A DNA stretch of 64,000 bases, from positions 42,911-106,910 of the forward strand of contig JBBTRI010000001.1 of the NCBI GenBank assembly GCA_038065255.1, given 5' to 3'. Below the pieces are notes generated by a model. The model did no database searches. It saw only the letters and a list, made by a program, of their open reading frames with translations, and was not told where the DNA came from. Positions 50,543 to 61,297 of this stretch are shown one piece after another. Made by a program: the position numbers and the translations under genes. The stretch comes from Patescibacteria group bacterium (GTDB lineage Bacteria > Patescibacteriota > Patescibacteriia > JACQRZ01). The first letter of the stretch is position 1. Each line of letters starts with the position of its first letter.

Positions 50543-51958
50543 TTAGGGAGTTTTGAGGGCGATCGCAGGAGATTCTTCTTCCCACTCTGCACCAAGGTCA
50601 ATGGGGTCACCTAATAGATGCATTTCAAGAGTTCTACCGTTTGATTGAATAATATTTGACCATTGGTAGCCGAGCGAAGTAAATACATATTCAGATGCGA
50701 TGGGTCGTTTCTGTTTATTGGAAATCACATAGACTGTTGAAGAATCAGAAGATTTCACCAGTGTTCCGTCATTAAACATGATTGGTTCTCCTGACTCATA
50801 CTTTTCTAGCGAGTGGAGATCTGTTGATTTGATGCGCCGTGCAGGAAAATTCGAGGATAGTACTGCTCGTTCAAGTAGTGGGTGTTTTACGGATCCAAGG
50901 GTATAATAGATTCCGCCTGTTTTGATATCTTGCATCAGTTCACCAATGGGACTTGAGAGTGCGTCAGAAACAAGGCCGCGCACTGGTATATCTGTAATAT
51001 CTTTTGCAGAAACTGCAATAACTTCATCCGGGTTAAATCCGACTGTGCGGAATATTTTTTTTGAAGGAATGCCATAGAGAGCGTCCTGTGCGTACAGAAA
51101 AACTGCTCCACCTGGAATTTGGAGAAGGGAATATTGTGGGAATTGAATAGGTGTGCCAATAGGATATTTTTCTAAATCTTCTTGGGTTATGAATACAACG
51201 TGCCGCATGTCGAACCGTGAATGAAATGCCGAAAGAGATGTGAAAAGCCTTCGCTTCCCGTCTTGTATAAGCCAGATATTCTTGTTTGAGGAAGCTTGGA
51301 CGGTTGTACCATCCGGGAATACGCGATTGAAATACCGATTCCACAATTTCCAAAAACTCACATTGCCGCGCAGGTGGGGCGTGTAATTATAGAGAGCGGC
51401 CGTGGCAGCGTTAGAAGGAGTGAGAGGTATGCCATCGATGAGCAGTGTCTGATTTGGGCGTGCTGCAAATTCATTCCAGTGGGTCGTATAGTACCATTTT
51501 CTCCAAGCAGCTTTTGCAACTTGTGTGCCAAAACCCTTATATGCGGCAACAATCGGATCATTAGGAGAACACGAATCGCATCGAGCAAACCCTGTTGCCC
51601 AATCATAGTTGTACTGGGTTGGGTTCGGATTTTCAATAAGGCTTTGTTCTTTTTGGAGCAATACGAGAAGCACTTTTGGATTGATACCATGGGTTGTTCC
51701 GGCACGGTAAATGATTTCAGATGCTGATCTGACAACTCCGTCGCTATCGAGCGTGCGATAGGATTGGAGGGCGGAGCCTTTTTGTTCGAGAAAAAGCTGA
51801 ATGTCTGGCACGCTCATTTCATCTGTCCGAAAAAAATCCGAATCGGGTATAATAGTATTCGGATCAAAAGGACGTGCGTACACGTTTAAAGGCATTGCAG
51901 TGAGTACAATGCTTAGTATAACGATAACAATACGATAATTCATAGGGTAGAGCGCCAT
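50543..51958 (-). CDS. Secreted cell-surface protein with a lysozyme-like N-domain and repeated C-terminal modules
   Basis: Signal peptide; INPKVLLVLLQKEQSL, ATAALYNYTPH; DGTLVK...VYVI..KR.I-type repeats. Confidence 0.6.
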   Translation of the reverse strand: MALYPMNYRIVIVILSIVLTAMPLNVYARPFDPNTIIPDSDFFRTDEMSVPDIQLFLEQKGSALQSYRTLDSDGVVRSASEIIYRAGTTHGINPKVLLVLLQKEQSLIENPNPTQYNYDWATGFARCDSCSPNDPIVAAYKGFGTQVAKAAWRKWYYTTHWNEFAARPNQTLLIDGIPLTPSNAATAALYNYTPHLRGNVSFWKLWNRYFNRVFPDGTTVQASSNKNIWLIQDGKRRLFTSLSAFHSRFDMRHVVFITQEDLEKYPIGTPIQFPQYSLLQIPGGAVFLYAQDALYGIPSKKIFRTVGFNPDEVIAVSAKDITDIPVRGLVSDALSSPIGELMQDIKTGGIYYTLGSVKHPLLERAVLSSNFPARRIKSTDLHSLEKYESGEPIMFNDGTLVKSSDSSTVYVISNKQKRPIASEYVFTSLGYQWSNIIQSNGRTLEMHLLGDPIDLGAEWEEESPAIALKTP

Positions 51959-51991
51959 TGATACCTACTGTATCATGCACTGCCGCCGATT

Positions 51992-54664
51992 TCAATCCTT
52001 TGCCGTTGCTGCAATTTTTGCTGTGCTTTTTTGCTTTGTGGTGCGGTTTGCAATCTTCATGACAACCTGATCTTTTGAGATGTCAATATGCACCGTGTCT
52101 CCTTCTGAAAGGCTTCCATCGATCATTTGTGATGCCAGAGGATTTGCGATATATGACTGAACGGCTCGCTTGAGAGGGCGTGCGCCGTAATATGCATCAA
52201 ATCCGCGCTCGATAAGAAACAACATCACTGCATCCGTGTATGTAATGCGCATATCCTGCTCGGCAACCCGTTTGCATAGTGCATCAAGCTGGATTGTGAC
52301 GATTCGTTTCATATTCTCTTGCGTGAGGGGATGAAAGACAATGATTTCGGTAATGCGATTGAGGAATTCCGGTCGGAAATGTTTTTGCAATAATTCAGTG
52401 ATTGCATTTTTCATTTCCCCTTCATTAATAAGCGTACGAGTTCGATCCTCACTGGTAAAACCAATCACTGATTCTTTTATGAGGTCGCCGCCAAGATTTG
52501 ATGTCATAATGACAATTGTATTTTTGAAGTTTACCTTTCTCCCTTTTGCATCGGTGAGATGGCCATCGTCAAGAATCTGCAACAAAACATTGAAAATTTC
52601 AGAGTGGGCTTTTTCGATCTCATCAAAAAGGATAACGCTGTAGGGTTTGCGCCGAACTTTTTCTGTTAGTTGGCCGCCTTCGTCATAACCAACATATCCG
52701 GGAGGGGATCCGATAAGACGCGATACGGAATGCTTTTCGCTGAATTCGCTCATATCCACTCGGATGAGTGATTGTTCATCATTGAACATGAATGAAGCAA
52801 GCGCTTTCGCAAGTTCTGTTTTACCCACGCCCGTAGGTCCGATAAAAAGGAATGAACCAAGCGGTTGGTTTTCGTCCGAAAGGCCCGCGCGTGAGCGTCG
52901 CAATGCATTTGCTACCGCAACAATCGCTTCTTCCTGTCCGATAACGCGTCCTTGCAATTGCACTTCAGCATCTTTCAATTTTTCAGCTTCATTTTCAAGC
53001 ATCTTAAATGCAGGGATGCCCGTCCATCGCGCTACAACAGCCGCAATGTCTTCTTCGGTTACTTCTTCTTTTAGAAATCGATGCTTTTTTTGGAGGGATA
53101 CAAGTTTTACCGATATGGCTTTAAGCTCTTTTTCGAGACCGGGAATTTCACCGTAGCGGATTTTTGCCACTTTAGCGAGATCTACTTTACGCTCTGCAAT
53201 ATCGGCTTCCTGTTTGAGATTTTCACTTTTTTCTCTGAGTGTGCGGATTTGCGTGATGAGTTCTTTTTCCGACTTCCAATCCATTTCCATTTTTTGGGAT
53301 TCTTCTTTGATTTCCGCAAGTTCTTTTTCAAGTTCTTTCAGACGATCTTTTGCATGTTTGTCCGTTTCTTTTTGAAGCGCTTGTTTTTCTATCTCAAGCT
53401 TAAGGAGTTTTCGTTTGAGTAGGTCTAGTTCAACCGGTTGGCTGTCGATTTGAAGCCGTATTGCCGATGTTGCTTCGTCGATAAGATCAATTGCTTTGTC
53501 TGGAAGAAACCGATCGGAAATATAGCGGTTTGAAAGTTGGGCGGCAGCAACAATGGCGCCATCCGTGATGCGCACGCCATGGTGTACTTCATATTTTTCT
53601 TTGATTCCTCGCAAAACTGCAATGGTATCATCGACATTCGGTTCAACAACCATAATTGGCTGGAATCTGCGCTCGAACGCCGGATCTTTCTCGATATGTT
53701 TCTGATACTCTTTAAGTGTTGTTGCGCCGATTGCACGGAGCTCTCCGCGAGCAAGTGCCGGCTTTAAGAGGTTTGACGCATCGATAGCACCTTCAGCTCC
53801 GCCTGCCCCGACAATTGTATGAAGCTCATCCATGAACAGGATGATTTTACCCGCACTCTGTGTAATTTCTTTCATGACTGCTTTCAAGCGGTCTTCAAAA
53901 TCTCCACGAAACTTTGTCCCAGCAACAAGTGCGCCGATATCCAGCGCAAGCACTTCTTTGTCTTTCAGTGAATCGGGAATATCACCAGCGACAATGCGCT
54001 GTGCAAGACCCTCGACAATGGCTGTTTTTCCAACTCCGGCTTCGCCGATAAGCACGGGGTTATTTTTTGTGCGTCGTGAGAGAACCTGAACAACTCGGCG
54101 AATTTCTTCGTCGCGTCCGATGATTGGATCCAGCTTTTCGTGCCGCGCTTGGTCGGTGAGGTTGATGGCATATTTTGCGAGCGCTTGATATTTGCTTTCC
54201 GGATCAGGATCGGTGATTTTGTGCGATCCGCGTAATTGCGCCAAGATCTTGAGTACGGTATCAAATGTGATTGCGTGGGAATCGAGGATTGGCCGAATGA
54301 GGGATGGAACATTCAGTAAACCCAAGAACAAATGCTCTGTTCCAATATACTCATCACCAATAGTTTTTGCCTGGTTTTGAGCTTCATTGAGTATTTGAGC
54401 TGTTTCTTTTGCTATATAGAGTTGTCCCGTGAAGCCTCCCATAAGGCGGGGGAGGTACTTGAGCTCTTCCTCGCACGCCTCAATGACACTTTGGATGTTG
54501 ACTTCAATTTTTTGTAAAATACTGGGAACAATACTTTCTTGCTGGCGTATAAGTGCAATAAAAAGATGGAGGGGTGTGAGTTCCTGATGGCTCTGCTCAC
54601 TGGCGAGCATTTGCGCTTGCTGCAATGCTTCCTGGGCTCGGGTAGTGAAGTTTTGGTTTATCAT
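51992..54664 (-). CDS. clpB: Chaperone ClpB
   Basis: Two AAA modules ([16 protein letters not shown]) with a coiled-coil M domain; start placed at ATG 54664. Confidence 0.96.
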   Translation of the reverse strand: MINQNFTTRAQEALQQAQMLASEQSHQELTPLHLFIALIRQQESIVPSILQKIEVNIQSVIEACEEELKYLPRLMGGFTGQLYIAKETAQILNEAQNQAKTIGDEYIGTEHLFLGLLNVPSLIRPILDSHAITFDTVLKILAQLRGSHKITDPDPESKYQALAKYAINLTDQARHEKLDPIIGRDEEIRRVVQVLSRRTKNNPVLIGEAGVGKTAIVEGLAQRIVAGDIPDSLKDKEVLALDIGALVAGTKFRGDFEDRLKAVMKEITQSAGKIILFMDELHTIVGAGGAEGAIDASNLLKPALARGELRAIGATTLKEYQKHIEKDPAFERRFQPIMVVEPNVDDTIAVLRGIKEKYEVHHGVRITDGAIVAAAQLSNRYISDRFLPDKAIDLIDEATSAIRLQIDSQPVELDLLKRKLLKLEIEKQALQKETDKHAKDRLKELEKELAEIKEESQKMEMDWKSEKELITQIRTLREKSENLKQEADIAERKVDLAKVAKIRYGEIPGLEKELKAISVKLVSLQKKHRFLKEEVTEEDIAAVVARWTGIPAFKMLENEAEKLKDAEVQLQGRVIGQEEAIVAVANALRRSRAGLSDENQPLGSFLFIGPTGVGKTELAKALASFMFNDEQSLIRVDMSEFSEKHSVSRLIGSPPGYVGYDEGGQLTEKVRRKPYSVILFDEIEKAHSEIFNVLLQILDDGHLTDAKGRKVNFKNTIVIMTSNLGGDLIKESVIGFTSEDRTRTLINEGEMKNAITELLQKHFRPEFLNRITEIIVFHPLTQENMKRIVTIQLDALCKRVAEQDMRITYTDAVMLFLIERGFDAYYGARPLKRAVQSYIANPLASQMIDGSLSEGDTVHIDISKDQVVMKIANRTTKQKSTAKIAATAKD

Positions 54665-54681
54665 AAGGGGTATAATAAAAA

Positions 54682-54708
54682 TTAGCAGTCTAGCTTTGAG
54701 ATTGCTAA
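54682..54708. promoter_or_regulatory. CIRCE-like (HrcA) operator upstream of clpB
   Basis: TTAGCAGTC-N9-GATTGCTAA versus consensus TTAGCACTC-N9-GAGTGCTAA. Confidence 0.8.
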
Positions 54709-54712
54709 TTTG

Positions 54713-54741
54713 AGTATATGGCAAAAATGTCCTGTTGTCAA
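54713..54741 (-). promoter_or_regulatory. clpB promoter
   Basis: Minus strand TTGACA-17 nt-TATACT. Confidence 0.8.
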
Positions 54742-54795
54742 GAGCGTTGCCGTGTTGCTTTTCGCTTCACTTCTTGCTATAATCATGAGTAATTT

Positions 54796-55569
54796 ATGCA
54801 ACAGTCAACCATTACAATACTGGATGTGAAACTTGATTGCGGGACATTTAATGATATGATTGCGCGGTGTAAGCAGTGGCTCACTGAGTCTCCTGCAGCG
54901 TTTCACCGTATTGTGACGATTAATCCTGAATTCGTAATGGAGGCGCAGGATAATATGCATTTTCGCGAAGTATTGAATTCTGCTGATTTACGAGTAACTG
55001 ATGGAGTCGGATTGGTATTTGGTTCATTGTTTCTTAAGGGATTGAATGATCGCCTTCATCGCTGTACCGGAGTTGATCTTACATGGAAACTTGCTGAATT
55101 ATGCTACGTTCTCCATAAGAAAATGTATCTTATTGGCGCATCCGACGGTATGGCAAAAAATGTTGCGCAGTCAGCAGCGCGAGTCATTGAAAAAAAATAT
55201 CCCGGAGTTATTGTTGGTGCGCTTGACGGCTTGAAACGGGGGGGTGAAGAATCGGATAGTGAGAATGAGTATGTATCCGAGCAGATACGCACTTCTCAAG
55301 CTGATGTACTTCTGGTTGCTATTGGAGCTCCAAAGCAAGATCTTTGGCTCGCTCGGTATGGAGCAGCATTGCCAACGGTGAGAATAGCACTTGGGGCAGG
55401 GGGGACGTTGGATTATATCGCCGGCGTCGTGCCGCGCGCACCGCGTGCAATTCGCAAACTCGGGTTTGAGTGGCTCTATCGGCTTATCAATCAGCCCCGC
55501 CGCTTAAATCGTATTATTACTGCAACCGTGCGCTATCCTCTTGCGCTTATGCGACAGAAATTTCACTAA
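54796..55569 (+). CDS. WecB/TagA/CpsF glycosyltransferase
   Basis: TINPE, DGVG, GAPKQD, GFEWLYRL..QPRR. Confidence 0.92.
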   Translation: MQQSTITILDVKLDCGTFNDMIARCKQWLTESPAAFHRIVTINPEFVMEAQDNMHFREVLNSADLRVTDGVGLVFGSLFLKGLNDRLHRCTGVDLTWKLAELCYVLHKKMYLIGASDGMAKNVAQSAARVIEKKYPGVIVGALDGLKRGGEESDSENEYVSEQIRTSQADVLLVAIGAPKQDLWLARYGAALPTVRIALGAGGTLDYIAGVVPRAPRAIRKLGFEWLYRLINQPRRLNRIITATVRYPLALMRQKFH

Positions 55570-55572
55570 GCT

Positions 55573-55980
55573 ATGTATCTCTTTCTTGACACATCTACTC
55601 CGGAACGGATTCAGTTCTTTTTTGCAACCGAAAAGAAGATTCTTTCTAAAAAAATACTCACACAAAAGCGACCCCTAAGGATTGATGTGCTATTTCAACT
55701 ATCTAAAACGTTAAAACGCTTTAGAAAAACTCCACGTGCAGTTCTTGGCATTGCCGTAGTGGTGGGCCCGGGATATTTTTCTCATCTTCGTACCGGTATA
55801 GCCATTGCGAATACATGGTCATTTGTTTTTGGCACCCCGCTTATCGGTATTCCAACGGACCAGTTTTTAGGCGATTTGATCTTTGTTCAAAAAACAATCT
55901 CATCATTAAAGCGTCAAAAGAGAGGAGTGTTACTTATCCCGCAGTACGGTAGAGAACCAACAATTACAAAGAAATCCTGA
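55573..55980 (+). CDS. Short TsaB-like protein
   Basis: LFLDTS, GPGYFSHLRTGIAIAN, PQYGREP.IT. Confidence 0.7.
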   Translation: MYLFLDTSTPERIQFFFATEKKILSKKILTQKRPLRIDVLFQLSKTLKRFRKTPRAVLGIAVVVGPGYFSHLRTGIAIANTWSFVFGTPLIGIPTDQFLGDLIFVQKTISSLKRQKRGVLLIPQYGREPTITKKS

Positions 55981-56048
55981 ATAACAACTTTTTTTACTAG
56001 ATTATTACAAGGCATATAGAATGCCTTGTTTTTATACACAGGGGGTGG

Positions 56049-56113
56049 TTGAAAAGGCAATAAAAGTGGTGTATAGTAGGTGTATAGGGGAGAAAAGTGG
56101 GAAAAAGTGGGGA
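56049..56113 (+). promoter_or_regulatory. mraZ promoter with MraZ-box direct repeats
   Basis: TTGAAA-17-TATAGT; GTGG-type repeats about 10 bp apart (56066, 56097, 56107). Confidence 0.7.
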
Positions 56114-56337
56114 TAACTCCACATAATTGTTCATAACAAAGGCTTTTGAAAGGAAACGCTTGTCCGTCTGTTATCGGCAATCCATGCATGTCCGAGAGGG
56201 CGGACCAGGCGTTTCCCGCGAAAAGCTTTGCGGGGGGAGTCCATGCTTGTCGTGCGGTTTCTCATTACACATAATCAGGTCCTTCGGGCCTATGCCTCTT
56301 TCTATCTTAATGAAAGAGGCTTGTCCGTCTCACGTTC

Positions 56338-56769
56338 ATGTTTATTGGGGAATATCGTCACACGTTGGATACAAAAGGAAGACTGGCGATCCCAGTGAAG
56401 TTTCGTAATGCCCTTGAGCGCGGTGCGGTTGTGACAAAAGGCATCGATCGTTGTTTGGTTCTCTATCCCTTGAAAGAATGGAATGCGCTTGCCGAGCGAA
56501 TCTCCCAGCTTCCCACAAGCCAGGCAGATACGCGTGCGTTTAGTCGAATGACACTGGCATCAGCAATGGATGTTGCTTGTGACAATCAGGGACGCATTAT
56601 TGTACCGGAATACCTTCGAGACTATGCGACAATGCACAAGAATGTCATTTTGGCAGGTCTTTACAATCGAATCGAACTCTGGGACGAGGGAGTATGGCAG
56701 GAGTATAAGACAGCAACAGAAGAGAATAGTGGCGATATTGCAGAACGGCTCAGCACGTTTGGCGTCTAA
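56338..56769 (+). CDS. mraZ: Transcriptional regulator MraZ
   Basis: MFIGEY..DTKGRL.IP, DNQGRI, RIELW. Confidence 0.97.
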   Translation: MFIGEYRHTLDTKGRLAIPVKFRNALERGAVVTKGIDRCLVLYPLKEWNALAERISQLPTSQADTRAFSRMTLASAMDVACDNQGRIIVPEYLRDYATMHKNVILAGLYNRIELWDEGVWQEYKTATEENSGDIAERLSTFGV

Positions 56770-56772
56770 TGT

Positions 56773-57663
56773 ATGATTCAGCATGAATCGGTCATGCTTA
56801 AAGAAGTTCAAGAATTCTTGGATGTTCATTCACAACAAGACTATATCGACTGTACGCTAGGGGGTGGTGGATATACCCGAGCAATACTTGAACAGAATGG
56901 TCCGCAAGGGAGAGTGCTTGCAATCGACGCAGATATTCAAACAACAGTTCGGACAAAAAAAGCATTAGCTGAATTTGGCAAGCGCCTTGTGGTCCAGTGC
57001 GGAAATTTCAAAAATGTTCATTCAATAGCTCAGACGACGGGGTTTGAAAAAGTGTCTGGCATTGTCTACGATTTAGGACTTTCGACAGATATACTTACAT
57101 CAAGTGGCAGAGGATTTAGTTTTCTTGCCGATGAACCTCTTGATATGAGATTCTCAGCCGATAGTGGGTATACTGCCGCAGAGCTGATAGCAAGCCTTAA
57201 AGAACAAGAACTTGCAAACATACTTTGGCAATTTGGTGAAGAACGGTTCAGTAGGAGAATTGCAAAGGCTCTGTGCCAGGCAAGAAAAAAGGAACGTATA
57301 ACAACCACAGCATTATTAACACGTGTGATCGAATCCGCAGTACCTGCAGGGTATCGGCATGGAAAGATTCATTGTGCAACGCGTACCTATCAAGCGCTTC
57401 GCATGGCAGTAAATGATGAACTACCCACAATTGAATCTTCATTGGCGCAGAGCTATGAGCTATTGCAGCCAGGCGGTCGGATAGTCGTTGTATCATTCCA
57501 TTCTCTGGAAGATCGGGTAGTAAAAAATACATTCAAACAATTTCGGCAAAACAACAACGCACACATTATTACAAAAAAACCAATTCAACCAACATACACA
57601 GAAAAGCGAACCAATCCAAAATGCAGAAGCGCAAAATTGCGATGCATTCAAAGGGGATTGTAA
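56773..57663 (+). CDS. rsmH: 16S rRNA m4C1402 methyltransferase
   Basis: DCTLGGGG, DLGLS, PLDMRF, SFHSLEDR, RSAKLR. Confidence 0.97.
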   Translation: MIQHESVMLKEVQEFLDVHSQQDYIDCTLGGGGYTRAILEQNGPQGRVLAIDADIQTTVRTKKALAEFGKRLVVQCGNFKNVHSIAQTTGFEKVSGIVYDLGLSTDILTSSGRGFSFLADEPLDMRFSADSGYTAAELIASLKEQELANILWQFGEERFSRRIAKALCQARKKERITTTALLTRVIESAVPAGYRHGKIHCATRTYQALRMAVNDELPTIESSLAQSYELLQPGGRIVVVSFHSLEDRVVKNTFKQFRQNNNAHIITKKPIQPTYTEKRTNPKCRSAKLRCIQRGL

Positions 57664-57679
57664 TCCATTAAAACAAACT

Positions 57680-58042
57680 ATGTCCCCAGCCCTTCAGATG
57701 ATGAAAGCAAAACTTCTTCAGACAGCGCTTGTGAATGAACAGCAGCGCAACAGCCAATCCTCAAAGCAAAAGAGCGCAAATAGCATGCTGCTGTTGACAA
57801 TACTTTTTTTTGGCGTAGTGTACCTCATACAAATTAACTTTCTTGCCACACGCGGGTATGTGATGAAGGATTTGGATAAGCAGATTGCATCTATAAAGAA
57901 AGAGCAGGAAGCTACTCATATACGTATTCTTGAAGCGCAGGGGTTGAGTAGGTTGCAGGGTAAAATCGATACGCTTGGAATGGTTCGCAGTGATTCGATA
58001 GAATATGTAGCTACTCAAGAAACCGTGGCAGTTGTGAGATAG
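57680..58042 (+). CDS. FtsL-like cell division protein
   Basis: Single TM plus coiled coil, located between rsmH and ftsI. Confidence 0.65.
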   Translation: MSPALQMMKAKLLQTALVNEQQRNSQSSKQKSANSMLLLTILFFGVVYLIQINFLATRGYVMKDLDKQIASIKKEQEATHIRILEAQGLSRLQGKIDTLGMVRSDSIEYVATQETVAVVR

Positions 58043-58061
58043 AAGTGCTGGGGCAGGAGGT

Positions 58062-58100
58062 AAAGAGAAGGGGCTGTTTTTCTGTGGGCCCCTTCTCTTT
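58062..58100 (+). terminator. Hairpin or possible terminator between the ftsL-like gene and ftsI
   Basis: Perfect 13-bp stem AAAGAGAAGGGGC/GCCCCTTCTCTTT. Confidence 0.55.
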
Positions 58101-58114
58101 GTTTGTCAGCTTCT

Positions 58115-59911
58115 ATGAAATCGTTTTCAAGGCATACATCGTCTTCAAAAACATCTTCGCATATGCGTACAGTTTTTATGCGGGGTATTATTTGTCTTTT
58201 TGCTTTTACGCTTATAGTGCGACTCTTTATGCTACAGATAGTCGGCTACGCTGATTATAAAGATGCCGCGGATGGCGAACATACGTTTTATAAAAAATTA
58301 TTTCCAAAACGCGGAGAGATGTTCATTCGAGAATATAAGCGGGATTCTGCGCTTGAATCCTTTCTTATCGATCGTCAAGGGGAAAAAGTATTTCCTGCGG
58401 TGACAAATCATGAATTCACTCTTATTTATGCAGATCCGCGACACATTGAAGATCCTCTCCATGCAGCCGAAGTAATTGCTCCGATTCTTGAACTTGATAG
58501 TGAAGCACTAGTGAAAAAATTTCAAAAGAAGGGAGATGCATATGAAGTGGTAAAGCACAAAGTATCTGATGAACATACGCAGAAGATTCGCGACCTTGCA
58601 CTGAAAGGCATACTTTTTGCTCCGGAAGAACGAAGATATTACCCCGAACCTGGCTTGGGCGGGCATATGTTCGGATATGTAAGCTTCAATGGAGAGACGC
58701 AAAAAGGACGCTACGGTCTTGAGGGGTATTTCGATGAAATTCTACGAGGGAAGGAAGGATCACTAAAATTAGAGACTGATGCAATCGGCACGTTGATCCC
58801 GATAGGTGATAAGCGAGTAACTGAAGCAGTCGATGGCAGTGATTTGATTCTCACTATTGATCGCACTGTGCAGCTTGTGGCATGCGATAAGTTAAAAAAA
58901 TGGGTCATTCAGCATGGAGCAGATGGAGGGTCGATCATTATACAAGATCCTAAGACTGGGGCCATTAGAGCGCTCTGTGCTACGCCGGATTTTGACCCGG
59001 CACAGTATGGAAAAACGGATATTAAAACATTCAACAATCCGGCGATTTTTTCTCCCTATGAGCCCGGATCAGTGTTTAAGGCATTCACTATGGCAATAGG
59101 CCTTGAAGTAGAAAAAGTAACACCAACCACGACTTACACTGACACCGGAAGTGTGAAAATAGGGAACTATACAATAAAAAATTCAGACGGCAAGGCACAT
59201 GGACTCCAAACAATGATGGGTGTTTTGGATGAATCGTTGAATACCGGTACGATATTTGTTGCAAGAAAGGTGGGAATTGAACAGTTCCGCAAGTATCTGA
59301 AATCATTTGGATTTGGCTCTCTTACAGGTATTGATCTGGATACTGAAGTTGCCGGCACGATTAGTTCTCTTGATCAAAAAAACAGCGACATTTATATGGC
59401 GACGGCATCCTTTGGACAGGGGATTACCCTAACACCGCTACAGCTTGTCACTGCATATTCAGCGCTGGCAAATGGCGGCAAGCTCATGAAGCCTTATATT
59501 GTTGACCGGATTTTGAAGCCTGATGGAGGAGTTATAAAAACAGAGCCACAGGTTGTGCGGCAGGTTATTTCTCAACGGACATCGGATCTTATTGGAGGAA
59601 TGTTGGTGAATGTGGTGCGAAAGGGGCATGGTAAGCGCGCAGGAGTTCCTGGATATTTTGTAGCCGGAAAGACGGGTACGGCTCAAGTGCCGCTGAAAGA
59701 TAAAAAAGGATACGAACAAAATGCAACAATCGGTTCGTTTGCGGGCTATGCCCCTGTTGAACATCCTGCTTTTGTGATGCTTGTGCGCATCGACAATCCT
59801 CGAGATGTGCAATGGGCGGAAAGTTCTGCGGCCCCGCTCTTTGGCGAAATGGCGCGGTTTTTGTTACAGTATTATGAGGTACCGCCCGATGAAATAGAAC
59901 GAAAAAAATAG
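58115..59911 (+). CDS. ftsI: Class B penicillin-binding protein
   Basis: RYYP, GLE, EPGSVFK (SxxK), SLN, KTGT. Confidence 0.9.
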   Translation: MKSFSRHTSSSKTSSHMRTVFMRGIICLFAFTLIVRLFMLQIVGYADYKDAADGEHTFYKKLFPKRGEMFIREYKRDSALESFLIDRQGEKVFPAVTNHEFTLIYADPRHIEDPLHAAEVIAPILELDSEALVKKFQKKGDAYEVVKHKVSDEHTQKIRDLALKGILFAPEERRYYPEPGLGGHMFGYVSFNGETQKGRYGLEGYFDEILRGKEGSLKLETDAIGTLIPIGDKRVTEAVDGSDLILTIDRTVQLVACDKLKKWVIQHGADGGSIIIQDPKTGAIRALCATPDFDPAQYGKTDIKTFNNPAIFSPYEPGSVFKAFTMAIGLEVEKVTPTTTYTDTGSVKIGNYTIKNSDGKAHGLQTMMGVLDESLNTGTIFVARKVGIEQFRKYLKSFGFGSLTGIDLDTEVAGTISSLDQKNSDIYMATASFGQGITLTPLQLVTAYSALANGGKLMKPYIVDRILKPDGGVIKTEPQVVRQVISQRTSDLIGGMLVNVVRKGHGKRAGVPGYFVAGKTGTAQVPLKDKKGYEQNATIGSFAGYAPVEHPAFVMLVRIDNPRDVQWAESSAAPLFGEMARFLLQYYEVPPDEIERKK

Positions 59912-59912
59912 T

Positions 59913-61205
59913 ATGAAAACTTTTGTAACACACCTTGTCGTTTTGTTCGCAAAGAGGATTATCAAGAAATACCGACCAATAATCATTGGTATTACAGGAA
60001 GTGTGGGAAAAACGTCGGCAAAGGAGGCTATCGCCCTTGCGCTCAGATCGCATACATGCGTGCGCGCAAGTGTAGGAAATTTTAACACCGAAATCGGCGT
60101 TCCACTTGTTGTTATTGGCATCGATCAGAGCCCCGGCCGCTCGCTTCTTGCATGGCTCGGAGCACTTGTGCAAGCTGTGCGGTTGATTGTTGTCCGCGAC
60201 CCTTCGTATCCACGCGTGCTTATTCTTGAAATGGGGGCTGATAGACCGGGGGATATTAGCTACCTTACTCAATTAGCTCCCTGTACCATTGGTGCGATCA
60301 CTGCCATCGGTCCTGCTCATTTGGAAAAATTCGGGACTATGGAAGTACTCGTAAAAGAAAAAAAAGAAATGGTACGGCACCTTTCAGCCGAATCTACGGC
60401 AATTATCAATGCAGATGATCCCTTTTTATACCCCCCATCTGAGCATGTGCGCGCGCGACTTTTAACATTTGGATTTTCCTCCAATGCCGATCTTCGCATT
60501 ACTTCATATATTGACCGGTACGTCTATATGCCTCCGGAACACATGGAAATGAGCATATCATTTGAATGTCGGTTTTCTGATCAGACGGTTGAGTGTGAGC
60601 TACAGAATGCCGTAGGCAAACAATCTGCCTATGCTGCGCTCGTAGGATTGGCTACGGCCTGTGCCTTGGATATTCCTTTAAAGCAAGCTGTTCAAGATGT
60701 ACGGGAATACGTGGGGCCAAAAGGAAGAATGAAGCTGCTTGGCGGAATGAAGCAAACGCTTATTATTGATGATTCGTACAATTCATCGCCACTGGCGGCA
60801 TATGAAGCGCTTACATTCATGGAGAGTATACGAATACATGAGTATGCGCGACGCATTGCAGTGTTTGGAGATATGTTGGAACTGGGGACATTTACAGAAC
60901 AAGAACATCGCAAACTTGGAGAACTCTGCGTTCAAAAAGGAGTGGATATCCTTGTTACTATCGGCAGTGCTGCAAAGTGGATAGCAGATGGTGCGGCCGA
61001 GAGCGGCATTGACACATCACGTATTTTCCGGTTTGATAGAACAGAGGAAGTACATGAAGTGTTGCTTGATACTATGAAGCAGGGAGATGTAGTGCTTGTA
61101 AAAGGCTCTCAAGGCATGCGATTGGAAAAGATAGTAAAGGAAATTCTGAACGAGCCGGAACGCGCCTCTGAACTTCTTGTGCGTCAAGGGAAGGAATGGC
61201 AGTAA
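59913..61205 (+). CDS. murF: UDP-MurNAc-tripeptide--D-Ala-D-Ala ligase
   Basis: ITGSVGKT, NFNTEIG, DDSYNSSP, GDMLELG, LVKGSQ. Confidence 0.93.
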   Translation: MKTFVTHLVVLFAKRIIKKYRPIIIGITGSVGKTSAKEAIALALRSHTCVRASVGNFNTEIGVPLVVIGIDQSPGRSLLAWLGALVQAVRLIVVRDPSYPRVLILEMGADRPGDISYLTQLAPCTIGAITAIGPAHLEKFGTMEVLVKEKKEMVRHLSAESTAIINADDPFLYPPSEHVRARLLTFGFSSNADLRITSYIDRYVYMPPEHMEMSISFECRFSDQTVECELQNAVGKQSAYAALVGLATACALDIPLKQAVQDVREYVGPKGRMKLLGGMKQTLIIDDSYNSSPLAAYEALTFMESIRIHEYARRIAVFGDMLELGTFTEQEHRKLGELCVQKGVDILVTIGSAAKWIADGAAESGIDTSRIFRFDRTEEVHEVLLDTMKQGDVVLVKGSQGMRLEKIVKEILNEPERASELLVRQGKEWQ

Positions 61206-61211
61206 CATTGT

Positions 61212-61286
61212 GCCGCTATCGTCTAGCCCGGTCCAGGACGTCTCCCTCTCACGGAGAAAACTGGGGTTCGAATCCCCATAGCGGTA
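61212..61286 (+). tRNA. tRNA-Glu(CTC), CCA not encoded
   Basis: Acceptor stem GCCGCTA/TAGCGGT, anticodon arm TCTCC-CT-CTC-AC-GGAGA, T arm TGGGG-TTCGAAT-CCCCA. Confidence 0.93.
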
Positions 61287-61297
61287 AATAAGGCAAA

